The notes under the pieces were generated by a model. The model saw nothing but the letters and a program-made list of their open reading frames with translations, was not told the origin of the DNA and searched no databases. Source: a virus. Taken from it: a stretch of DNA of 64,000 nucleotides. Both the position numbers and the translations under genes were made by a program. Shown here in pieces: positions 38,508 through 47,081 of the stretch; the first letter of the stretch is position 1; every line of letters starts with the position of its first letter. The DNA is taken from IMG/VR virus record IMGVR_UViG_3300035698_015907; one strand, given 5' to 3'.

Positions 38508-38645
38508 AGAGTCTTCCACTTTCCGAGTTTACGAGGAAAGTTAATCAGTCATCATTAATCAGCACTGATTAATAAGCTTCATCAATCCTACAGTCAATAA
38601 AGATTGACTTTGACATCTGTCGGGTAGATGGATCTTATGTGATCA

Positions 38646-39182
38646 TTAGGTTGCAGCAGGAATACAATCGCGAATATTAGTAAGATTAAAATCTCTTACT
38701 GAGAATGATGCTGTTGCAATAATATAAGTTAGATTAGAGTCTGTTGTATAAAGACGAAGAGGGCTTATTGATACTGGTACAATATCAATAAGAGTTATAT
38801 CAATATTAGGTACTTTCCCATTAGTAGTTATGATCAAAGATCCATCTGAACGCAATGCTTCAGCACCATGGGTGGCCTTATTAGCTCTGTACTGATTAAA
38901 ATTTTCAGGGAAGCCTATGCCCTTGATCCAATTGACTATTTCAATGTAATTCAGCATGTTTTCATCAACTTTAAAGGTTGCGTCCAACATTCCTACCTCT
39001 ATGGCGGTAGCTGAATAATTAAGCTTCACAAACGGATTTGGAACATCAATAGGCGGAAGAACTATGCCTGGGAGGTTTAGTTCTTGACAATAATATGTAG
39101 TATATGGTAATCTTTTGATAACAAGTTCGAACCCACTAGGATTCAAATAATTGATATTTTGAGGATTATCTTTGAGTGCCAT
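38646..39182 (-). CDS. gp3: Tail tube terminator / tail completion protein
   Basis: NYLNPSGF...LP...YYCQ..NLPGI, FKVDENMLNYIEIVNW. Confidence 0.85.
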   Translation of the reverse strand: MALKDNPQNINYLNPSGFELVIKRLPYTTYYCQELNLPGIVLPPIDVPNPFVKLNYSATAIEVGMLDATFKVDENMLNYIEIVNWIKGIGFPENFNQYRANKATHGAEALRSDGSLIITTNGKVPNIDITLIDIVPVSISPLRLYTTDSNLTYIIATASFSVRDFNLTNIRDCIPAAT

Positions 39183-39208
39183 AATATAGTATCCTATTGA
39201 TAATACTA

Positions 39209-39216
39209 TATTTATG
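39209..39216 (-). promoter_or_regulatory. T4-type late promoter (variant)
   Basis: CATAAATA upstream of gp3. Confidence 0.6.
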
Positions 39217-39221
39217 CTGAC

Positions 39222-39246
39222 AAAGAAAAGGGGTCCGAAGACCCCT
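39222..39246 (-). terminator. Intrinsic terminator, C(UUCG)G loop
   Basis: aggggtc-ttcg-gacccct followed by a T-run. Confidence 0.9.
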
Positions 39247-39271
39247 AGTACGCCCGGCTACTTGAAAAACT

Positions 39272-39676
39272 TTAGAGGTTTTCTTCTGGTGTGTCATCCT
39301 CAACGACTTCATCTAGAACTGGCTCTTCAGCTACAGTATGAGCTGCAATGGCGCTAGCCAAAGCTGCAGTCTTCACATCAAGATCATCTGCAAGTGCATT
39401 TAGTGCACCATCATCACCAATATTATCTCTAATCTGCGATGCAAGATCAGAAATTAGGATAATAGCTGAATCAACAACGGACGCATTCTCAGTTACTTCA
39501 TTAGTTAATCGGTCTAGTGCTTCTGACAATTGGCATACTCCTATAAGGTTTTGGGTTTGGACATATTTAATTCTATTTAATGTCCGTTCAAGTGTATATA
39601 GAATAGCATTGAGATTCGCATAACGACCCCATAAAAGCCTACCTAACCAAGTAGGTTTCCCACGATAGGATAACAT
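39272..39676 (-). CDS. Hypothetical alpha-helical protein
   Basis: Strong RBS; second in-frame AGGAG/TTG start at 39529. Confidence 0.7.
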   Translation of the reverse strand: MLSYRGKPTWLGRLLWGRYANLNAILYTLERTLNRIKYVQTQNLIGVCQLSEALDRLTNEVTENASVVDSAIILISDLASQIRDNIGDDGALNALADDLDVKTAALASAIAAHTVAEEPVLDEVVEDDTPEENL

Positions 39677-39736
39677 ATTTCCTCCCTCCTATTCATATCT
39701 ATTTAGGAGATGAATATGTTTTTTCTATTATTTAAT

Positions 39737-40087
39737 TTACATTTTTTTCATGCATACTTTTGCATGACCTGGACCGATTAATCCAAGTTTCTTAGCTGCA
39801 GCCTTAGATAAATCTAGTTTTCGTCCTCCGACATAAGGACCTCTATCATTAATTTTTACTGTAACTGATCTTTTCCCTAAAGATACTTTAACTCTAGTTC
39901 CAAATGGGAGAGTTTTGTGTGCAGCAGTCATAGCATTCTGGTTGAATATTTCACCGCTTGCAGTCTTTTTTCCATGAAACCCTGGACCGTACCATGAAGC
40001 TCCTACTACTTTTCCGCTGCATGCTGCTATAGCGGGGGATGTTAACATCGCAACTGTAGATAGTATAATTAGTGATAATTTTATCAT
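39737..40087 (-). CDS. rlpA: RlpA-like lytic transglycosylase (DPBB) with signal peptide
   Basis: ASWYGPGFHGKKTASGE, TAAHKTLPFGT, INDRGPY, LDLSKAAA. Confidence 0.9.
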   Translation of the reverse strand: MIKLSLIILSTVAMLTSPAIAACSGKVVGASWYGPGFHGKKTASGEIFNQNAMTAAHKTLPFGTRVKVSLGKRSVTVKINDRGPYVGGRKLDLSKAAAKKLGLIGPGHAKVCMKKM

Positions 40088-40145
40088 ATCATTTCCTTTT
40101 TATATTATTTGGGCATTATATTAATCATTTATTTCATGTAAAGGC

Positions 40146-40172
40146 AAAAATAAGGGGCTCCGAAGAGCCCCT
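40146..40172 (-). terminator. Intrinsic terminator after gp23, C(UUCG)G loop
   Basis: aggggctc-ttcg-gagcccct followed by a T-run. Confidence 0.9.
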
Positions 40173-40219
40173 GTAGGTCGAGTCTTTCGACTCTTTAATT
40201 ATACTTAAAGTATATATTA

Positions 40220-41623
40220 TCACATGATATTATCGATCATGATCCTGCGATAGTATGAGTTACCATCCTTGACTAGAGCACCGTTGCCCTGAACTGGAGT
40301 ATACAATCCGTTAGCATAGGTGACCTGTGAGAATGGATTAGAAACCATTCCGTACCTGGTCTTGAAACCAATCTTCGGCTGGAAGGTATTTGGATCAACT
40401 GCTCTTACCATCTGTAGAGGTACATATGGGCAATAGAAGAGTCCAGCGTCGAATGCATTCGCACCCTTATAACCAACAGTAGCATAGTTGCCAGTTGTAT
40501 ATGGATCGATGTAAACTCTAAATCTACCATTTAGAATACCGGCAAAAGTAGCACCAGTATCATCAACGTTTAGATTATTAGAATTAAGAGCTGGGGTATA
40601 ATCTAGCTGACCGGTCATCTGTAGGGCTGACGCAACGTCAGAAGAACAGATAATCATGTTACCCTTTCCGCGCCTTGTAGCCTTGGAGATCTGGTTAGCT
40701 TCAAGCTCAAAGTGCATCATTAGACCCTTGAAACGCTCAACTGACCACCTACCATTTGAGTCGGTGTCTAGATTGAACCTACCAGCAGTAGAAGTACCCG
40801 TCCGGGCTCCCTGCAAAGCAGTAACGTTTAGAGTCCTAACAACTTCTCTGTTTATCTCAGCAAGTAGCTCAGCAGATAGGATGTTAGAAAGCTCGGCCTC
40901 AGCATCAAGACCATGAATGGCCTTAAGGTCCTGAGCAAGCTCAAGTGAATACTCAGCCTTTAGTGCACGGCCCTTAGCTTCGACCGAAACCTTTTCGATG
41001 GAGAAAGCCATCTCAGGGAATACTAGAGTTGAGTTAGAACCCAAAGACTCCTGGGTCGTGGTAGCCATACCGTCGCCGAAGTTATAGATACCAGCTTCTG
41101 CAAGGTTAGCAGTACCAGTAGAGGTATTACCAGGAACCGTACCAACATGCTTATCACCTAGGGTGTTAGCATCAGCTGTTAGAGTAGAATGGGAAGTATC
41201 AACTTCATTATAGAATGACTCTGTTCCAGCCTGATTAGAATACCTTGACCTCATAGCAAAGATAAGTCCAGTTGGACCTGTCATTGGCTGCACACCACAG
41301 ATGTCGTATGCAATAAGATTAGGCATGGCCCTACGTACTAATGAGATTAGTACCGGGTCGAAAATATCTACAGCACCAGCACTTGGTGTTGAAGATGATC
41401 CGCCCATGGCGTTCGTTGGAGAGTCCTCTGAGAGGTATCCACCGGACATGGTTTCCGAAATGCTGCCGCCGTACTGTATGGCTTTGTCGTTACGAAGAGC
41501 ACGCTCAGTGTTCTCCAGGACCACTGCAGTGACAGCCCTTCTGTGATTGTCGGAGATATTCGGAAGTTCCGGGTGATTAATAACCGGCTTCCACTTCTCC
41601 TGAAGGACATCATACGAGTTCAT
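40220..41623 (-). CDS. gp23: Major capsid protein
   Basis: DPVLISLVRR, GVQPMTGPTGLIFAMR, ELAQDLKAIHGLDAE, QPKIGFKTRYG. Confidence 0.98.
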   Translation of the reverse strand: MNSYDVLQEKWKPVINHPELPNISDNHRRAVTAVVLENTERALRNDKAIQYGGSISETMSGGYLSEDSPTNAMGGSSSTPSAGAVDIFDPVLISLVRRAMPNLIAYDICGVQPMTGPTGLIFAMRSRYSNQAGTESFYNEVDTSHSTLTADANTLGDKHVGTVPGNTSTGTANLAEAGIYNFGDGMATTTQESLGSNSTLVFPEMAFSIEKVSVEAKGRALKAEYSLELAQDLKAIHGLDAEAELSNILSAELLAEINREVVRTLNVTALQGARTGTSTAGRFNLDTDSNGRWSVERFKGLMMHFELEANQISKATRRGKGNMIICSSDVASALQMTGQLDYTPALNSNNLNVDDTGATFAGILNGRFRVYIDPYTTGNYATVGYKGANAFDAGLFYCPYVPLQMVRAVDPNTFQPKIGFKTRYGMVSNPFSQVTYANGLYTPVQGNGALVKDGNSYYRRIMIDNIM

Positions 41624-41648
41624 TAGGTCTCTCCTGTTGTTTTTGATA

Positions 41649-41656
41649 TATTTATA
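41649..41656 (-). promoter_or_regulatory. T4 late promoter
   Basis: TATAAATA, with a leader shared with gp22 (tatcaaaaac...caggag). Confidence 0.9.
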
Positions 41657-41683
41657 TGTTTCTTATTTTCAGAAGTTCCAGAC

Positions 41684-42856
41684 TTACTTGCGTACTGTCC
41701 TGGAAAGCGAATTCACATAGGAAGCCATAGAGCCGGTTACTGCTGGCTTCTTAATATCTTCCTCCATTACGTCTGTTTCTTCGAATAGAACGTTACTTGA
41801 CCTTCTGCTCGAAGATGACTTTTTACCGGATTCAGTACCGAAATACTGTTCTCTTAGAATTCCAATCTTGGAAACGAATTCGTTAACATCAGAGAATTCT
41901 ACGCTCTCAGCCAATTCAGTTAGCTTCTCAGCCTCGGTGGCTGTTAGACCTTCTGACATTTCTTCTAGAGCGTTTTCGGCAGACATTGTATCGATCTGAT
42001 CCTGAAGCTCTTCATTGACTGAAATCTTTTCAGATACCATTCTCTCAAGTTCTTCAATACGATCATTCATCTCAGCTACAACATCAACTCTATCTTCCGG
42101 AACGTCAACATAATGAGTTTCGAATAGAGCCTTTAGACCCTCAATGAACTGCTCAGTGAGCTCGTTCTTGATTGTGCTATCGATTGCTACCTGATTTTCA
42201 GCTAGCCAATCGTTAGTTGTTGCATCTAACCATGCATCCATCATCTCTACAAGACCAGTAGCCATAGTGTCAAGCTCTTCTTCAAACTTGGCTTCTATTT
42301 CTTCCTGTATCTCAACGATCCTTGCATCAGCTTTCATATTGATAACTGATTCGATTAGAGTCGTAACCTTGGTCTTAAATTCTTCGGTGATTTCCTCACC
42401 ATCAAAGATGTTTGCCACATCTTCACGAATAATCTCAGCCATTGAATCATCAACTGCTTCGAGCTTTGTTACAAGCTGAACACCAGCATTAGATGGCTTT
42501 GTATTAAGAGTATTCTTATTCTTAGCTGCATCGCCAGCTGGAATATTCTTGTCTTCTTTACCAATAAGTTCCATTGTTGCAACAAACTTATTAACAGTCT
42601 CTTTATCCATACCTGCAACGGCATTGATAATCTTACCAACTGCGCTAGACTTATTAGCTGCACCAATCGGCTTTGAATTTGGACGTAGTGTATCAGAAGC
42701 GGCACTCTCGTCGAGATCGTCTTCATCATTTTCGACTTCGTCATCTAGTTCTTCCGACTCATCGATCTCGCTCTCATCCAGGATCTCTTCATCCTCGAGA
42801 ACAATATCCTCGTCGTCAACCTGATCGTTGATCTTGGATTTGTCAAGCTTCGCCAT
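41684..42856 (-). CDS. gp22: Prohead core scaffold
   Basis: Acidic coiled coil, WLAENQVAI, FIEGLKALFETH; between gp21 and gp23. Confidence 0.92.
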   Translation of the reverse strand: MAKLDKSKINDQVDDEDIVLEDEEILDESEIDESEELDDEVENDEDDLDESAASDTLRPNSKPIGAANKSSAVGKIINAVAGMDKETVNKFVATMELIGKEDKNIPAGDAAKNKNTLNTKPSNAGVQLVTKLEAVDDSMAEIIREDVANIFDGEEITEEFKTKVTTLIESVINMKADARIVEIQEEIEAKFEEELDTMATGLVEMMDAWLDATTNDWLAENQVAIDSTIKNELTEQFIEGLKALFETHYVDVPEDRVDVVAEMNDRIEELERMVSEKISVNEELQDQIDTMSAENALEEMSEGLTATEAEKLTELAESVEFSDVNEFVSKIGILREQYFGTESGKKSSSSRRSSNVLFEETDVMEEDIKKPAVTGSMASYVNSLSRTVRK

Positions 42857-42884
42857 TGAATAAAACTCCTGTGGGTTTTTGATA

Positions 42885-42892
42885 TATTTATA
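42885..42892 (-). promoter_or_regulatory. T4 late promoter
   Basis: TATAAATA. Confidence 0.9.
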
Positions 42893-42903
42893 CGTTGTTC
42901 GTT

Positions 42904-43566
42904 TTAGAGGCTTTTTAGAAACCGATTAAATGCAGACACCATATTGGCTTCTGTTAATTTTCTAGCTTTTGCTAGTTTATTAATATCTATCTTAGCTTCC
43001 TCAGCAGCTCTCTCAGCAATAAGTGAACCATTATTCCAGAAAAAATCAACGCCTTCCATTATGCCGTTAACCCATGCTCCGGGTGCTGACGGATCAGCTA
43101 CAATATCACCTGCTGTTGCTAAATAGAAGTCTTCTTGAACTTCCATAGTACCGCTAGCATTTTCTTTTAGTGAACCTAGACCTCTTGATGAAACACCAAG
43201 CTTTACTCCTTCTTCAAGCAAGCCCTGAGCAATAATACCCATCGGTGTATTCATTACCTTAGCTCTACCGATGAAGTTATCACCGTCTTCTTTGAGTTCA
43301 ATAATCTTGTGTGATACTCTATCTAGATTAATAGATGGACCATCTGGATGACCTAATTCACCGACAGCGCGGTTTTCTTTTATATAGTCTTTATTATAAC
43401 GAGTAACTTCTCTCTGAAGTATAGACTTAGGATAAACTCTGCCATTCTTATTTTTAAGATTGGATTGCATCCAGACCCCTTCAATAACCCATGACTTCTT
43501 TCCAGACTTTTCTTCGACTAGAGTTACAACTGATTCATTTAGTTCTGTAATAAGTTTCATGTTCAT
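42904..43566 (-). CDS. gp21: Prohead protease
   Basis: KLITE, NKNGRVYP, GELGHP, GVSSRGLGS, DIVADPSAP. Confidence 0.96.
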   Translation of the reverse strand: MNMKLITELNESVVTLVEEKSGKKSWVIEGVWMQSNLKNKNGRVYPKSILQREVTRYNKDYIKENRAVGELGHPDGPSINLDRVSHKIIELKEDGDNFIGRAKVMNTPMGIIAQGLLEEGVKLGVSSRGLGSLKENASGTMEVQEDFYLATAGDIVADPSAPGAWVNGIMEGVDFFWNNGSLIAERAAEEAKIDINKLAKARKLTEANMVSAFNRFLKSL

Positions 43567-43578
43567 AACCTTATCCCC

Positions 43579-43938
43579 TTACTCAGCAGTCTGCTTGAGT
43601 TTACCTTCAAGAACGATAAAACCGTTTGTTCCACCGTTAAGAGTAAGTACAAGTGTGCCAGTTGAGTCTACATCAATTGCTGCAGCATCAAAATCTTGTT
43701 CACCAGAACCAGAGAAGACTGCTACCGTATTAGCGCCTCTTTTGACTGTCCAAAAAGCTGCATTCCCGCAACCATACCAAGCTCTAGTAAGTATAAGTGT
43801 TTCAACATTAAAGCCAGCGGAACCAACATCGCTTGTTCCGTTGTTACCTACTATTGTATATGTAGCATTTGCTACATCGTGTGTTATAATAGTAGCTTCA
43901 TCGCTGAATGCATTTTCTCTTTTTCTTTGTAGCGACAT
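43579..43938 (-). CDS. Hypothetical head-module protein
   Basis: 119 aa, beta-rich, immediately upstream of gp21. Confidence 0.7.
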   Translation of the reverse strand: MSLQRKRENAFSDEATIITHDVANATYTIVGNNGTSDVGSAGFNVETLILTRAWYGCGNAAFWTVKRGANTVAVFSGSGEQDFDAAAIDVDSTGTLVLTLNGGTNGFIVLEGKLKQTAE

Positions 43939-45425
43939 TATCTGATCCCCGTAGGTTCAATCTTAGCTCTATTTTTCTTGAGCCTCTTCTTTTTATTTAG
44001 GGATTTTACTTCTGGGTACATATCTTCAGTCAGTCTAGCTTCTTTTTTGCCAGATGAACCAACAGACCAAAAATGTTCTCCGTCGTGATAACCGACTGCT
44101 AGAGAATTATCATTTTTCTTAATACCATAAGCACTATCATGATAATCATTCTTTCTTAGTGCAGCTTTAGCACTTGTGAAAGTTTCATGATGACCACCTT
44201 CTGGATAATGCTTTCCATCGCTAGTGTCCCATAGATGAAAGCCTTTCTTAAGAGGAAGAGGCATTTTAGTATTTTTTTCGTCTATATTCCTCTTTAGCTG
44301 AGCATCTTTTCTAGCTTTAGAAAAGACTTTAATCTTCTTTCTAGCATCATCTCTTGTACTATCATCGCCAGCTCTAAAAGTCTTGCCTTCATCAACATTA
44401 TTTACATCTTCTTTGCGAGTCTTATAAGGAGCAGCTCCAGCTTGTATTTTATCTGAAGCATTCATATAAGCATCAGAAGACTTTTCAGCAGACTTAGCAC
44501 CTCTTTTCTTGAAGATTTTATCGAATCTATCAGTATCATCTGACTTATTCATATAATCTTTCATCTTAGAAACAGAGAGTTCTGTTATATCTTTTTCTTT
44601 TGCGTGAACTTTAACATTTCGGCTGTTTGTTACTTTTTGCATAGCAGTATTGATGCCTTGAGCCCTTTTTGTAGCTTTCCTAGACTTTGCTAGACCTTTA
44701 TCTGTTTCGCCTTTTTCAAAATGTCTGTTTGCATCGGCATCCATGCGTCGTAAACCCGTAGGCTCTATAGCAGTTAGTGCGTAATCTACATATTTACGAA
44801 GTTTAGTTGGTGAAACTTCATCAACTTGCTCTACTTCTTCTCTAGCAACAACTTTATTGTCAGACATTTCTATGCCTTTAGACCTATCTTTCTTAGTCTT
44901 ACCTAGCATCATAACCTGGCGACTACTAGTCTGATCTGTGGCTTTAATTCTATATCTATTAAGAAGCTTCTTAGTTAATTCTGAAATAACTTCTTCATTC
45001 TGAGACTTAGTTTTAATCCAGTGCTTTGCAGTATCGTGAGCATCATTACGATCATCAGTATGATAATCAGCATTCTTTACGTGCTGTCCTTTATCAAAGT
45101 GCTTAACTTTGTATTCATCCCATTCGCCGTCGAAATATACTTTTGCACCTTTGCCAGTCTTTTCATTAACATGGTTTTTCAACAAACGCATTTCAGTAAT
45201 TCTTGACTTCTTCTTTTTCTTTACGGAATTAGGACCAGAAAGAGCAGCACTATTAACTGTGGCAGCTCTTATTCGCTTTTTATATTTAAGACTACTATCC
45301 ATAGGAGCAGTCTCGCCCTTCGTTATGTTACCACCCTTAGCCACATAATCTTGTACAAGATCATCATTAGTCTTAGGGGATTTTGCATTTCTAAATTTTA
45401 AAATTTTCTTTGTTACGTCTGACAT
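43938..45425 (-). CDS. Basic modular protein, candidate internal head protein
   Basis: Repeated E-[LV]-[ST]-x3-[LM]-x2-Y modules and many (I/L/V)-x-E sites; in the gp20-gp21 interval. Confidence 0.7.
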   Translation of the reverse strand: MSDVTKKILKFRNAKSPKTNDDLVQDYVAKGGNITKGETAPMDSSLKYKKRIRAATVNSAALSGPNSVKKKKKSRITEMRLLKNHVNEKTGKGAKVYFDGEWDEYKVKHFDKGQHVKNADYHTDDRNDAHDTAKHWIKTKSQNEEVISELTKKLLNRYRIKATDQTSSRQVMMLGKTKKDRSKGIEMSDNKVVAREEVEQVDEVSPTKLRKYVDYALTAIEPTGLRRMDADANRHFEKGETDKGLAKSRKATKRAQGINTAMQKVTNSRNVKVHAKEKDITELSVSKMKDYMNKSDDTDRFDKIFKKRGAKSAEKSSDAYMNASDKIQAGAAPYKTRKEDVNNVDEGKTFRAGDDSTRDDARKKIKVFSKARKDAQLKRNIDEKNTKMPLPLKKGFHLWDTSDGKHYPEGGHHETFTSAKAALRKNDYHDSAYGIKKNDNSLAVGYHDGEHFWSVGSSGKKEARLTEDMYPEVKSLNKKKRLKKNRAKIEPTGIR

Positions 45426-45429
45426 TTAA

Positions 45430-45645
45430 TTATCCCCTGAACCTATTTGGGTTCTTTTTTGCTGCCATTACCAAGGCTCGTGATTGCATAAGAGAAATTT
45501 CAGTAGTAATAGTTTTCTCTTTTTTAATATCTTCTATAAAGATTAATAATTCTTCATAGGTCATATCTTTTATACTATCGAGTTTATTTTCCACTTTGTG
45601 CAGCTGTTGCTCGAGCAATTGCTGCTGGTGATTTAGCATATGCAC
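45430..45645 (-). CDS. Small hypothetical protein (true start may be downstream)
   Basis: ORF ending 5 nt before the next start; contains an ITTE|IS module. Confidence 0.5.
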   Translation of the reverse strand: MHMLNHQQQLLEQQLHKVENKLDSIKDMTYEELLIFIEDIKKEKTITTEISLMQSRALVMAAKKNPNRFRG

Positions 45646-46795
45646 TTATAGCACTCTGAAGAGCAGGTGTTTTCTTTGTTCCGGCAGTATTCATATTACC
45701 AACAACATCAACTTTCTTAATTGCTGCACCTCTTCTAGCCCTATCAGCTAATGTCTGTGCTGCTGAAGCTGCACCATCATCACCTCTAATAGAACTGCTA
45801 ACTCTTTTATTTATATCTATTTTAGCTAGGGCCGCTCCACGCGATCCTGCAGGCTTTCCTCTGTTTGCTGGTCCTGAAGCACCAGAAGCTGGCTTCTGTG
45901 AACTAGCTGGTCTACCTCTGTTTGCTGGTCCTGAAGCACCTTGAACGGGCTTCTGCGGTCCAGCTGAATTTGGTGTAGGTCTACCTCTGTTTGCTGGTCC
46001 TGAAGCACCTTGAACGGGCTTCTGCGGTCCAGCTGAATTTGGTGTAGGTCTACCTCTGTTTGCTGGTCCTGAAGCACCAGAAGCTGGCTTCTGTGAACTA
46101 GCTGGTCTACCTCTTCCTGACGGTCCAGAAGCACCTTGAACTGGACTTCTTTCTGCTGGTTTCGGCGCAGGCTTCAGATTCGACTTCCACTGAGCTTCAG
46201 TTTCACCCTTCTGCCTAGTATTAAAAGATTTACCATTAAAATCGAAAACATCTTTACCAGCACTTCTAGCTTTCGAGAATGCGTCACCAAATGCTGATTC
46301 ATTTAGAAATGACTTCATGTGATTTAATACTTTTTCTTTAGACATTTCTATTATTGGATCTCCATTTAAAATTGCTGATTCAACTATTTTTCCATCGTGC
46401 TTGATAGAATGAATTTTATAACCAGTTTTTCTCATTCTATCATTAACTTTTTCTATTGATGAATTTGATGTTTCAGATTTTACTAGCATAGTAAGTTTTT
46501 TCTTAGTACTTGGTGTACCATTAAAACCTTTGTCGTTCTTAGATACTACTGCACGAATCCTATGATGAATATCTTCTTTAATAACATGCCAATCAGAATG
46601 CTGCTCAATATTAGATCTAGAACCTACTTTCTTTTCGTGCTTTAATTCTATTCCTTTTGTGGTAATAACTTTCTCGTCATCAACACTTTTAATAGTACCA
46701 TTTCTTGAAAGAACTACAGCACGTCCTCTATGACGACGCGAGGTTTCTACACCATATCTAATCTTAGAACCAGGTTTTACATCTTCAGAAAACAT
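45584..46795 (-). CDS. Basic modular protein with Gly/Pro/Ser/Arg repeats, candidate internal head protein
   Basis: IKE/IVE/IIE/LNE sites; FGDAFSKARSAGKDVFDFNGKSFNT motif; GASGPANRGRP repeats. Confidence 0.7.
   Translation of the reverse strand: MFSEDVKPGSKIRYGVETSRRHRGRAVVLSRNGTIKSVDDEKVITTKGIELKHEKKVGSRSNIEQHSDWHVIKEDIHHRIRAVVSKNDKGFNGTPSTKKKLTMLVKSETSNSSIEKVNDRMRKTGYKIHSIKHDGKIVESAILNGDPIIEMSKEKVLNHMKSFLNESAFGDAFSKARSAGKDVFDFNGKSFNTRQKGETEAQWKSNLKPAPKPAERSPVQGASGPSGRGRPASSQKPASGASGPANRGRPTPNSAGPQKPVQGASGPANRGRPTPNSAGPQKPVQGASGPANRGRPASSQKPASGASGPANRGKPAGSRGAALAKIDINKRVSSSIRGDDGAASAAQTLADRARRGAAIKKVDVVGNMNTAGTKKTPALQSAISAYAKSPAAIARATAAQSGK
45850..46145 (-). repeat. In-frame tandem repeats of 57- and 69-bp units
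   Basis: Five GASGP(A/S)(N/G)RG(R/K)P units with near-identical DNA. Confidence 0.9.
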
Positions 46796-46797
46796 TA

Positions 46798-47070
46798 TTA
46801 TGTTACCTTCTTAGATATTCTTTTCTTAGTATTATGAGAATACTGTTTACCATAATGAACAACAGCTCCATCAGGAACCAATCTCCAATGGTTTTGGCCA
46901 GAGACACTTCTAACTAATTTCAAGTGTCTTCCGGCCGAGAATGTATGAGCGTATCTTCTTCTTTTTGCTTTAACTGTTATTTTTTCGGGCGGAACAGCAT
47001 GACGCATGCCAACAGGCTGTGTATTTTTATCAAAAAATTTAGTTTCTGTTTTTTCAAAGAAAATAAACAA
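46798..47070 (-). CDS. Basic hypothetical protein
   Basis: 90 aa in a gene string. Confidence 0.55.
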   Translation of the reverse strand: MFIFFEKTETKFFDKNTQPVGMRHAVPPEKITVKAKRRRYAHTFSAGRHLKLVRSVSGQNHWRLVPDGAVVHYGKQYSHNTKKRISKKVT

Positions 47071-47081
47071 AATACACTTCC

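Noticed and set aside
45826-46134. Alternative-frame repeat ORF (VLQDQQTEVD...) as a second overprinted gene
   Set aside because: Openness is explained by the tandem repeat; no RBS or domain, unlike the HNH nested in the intein
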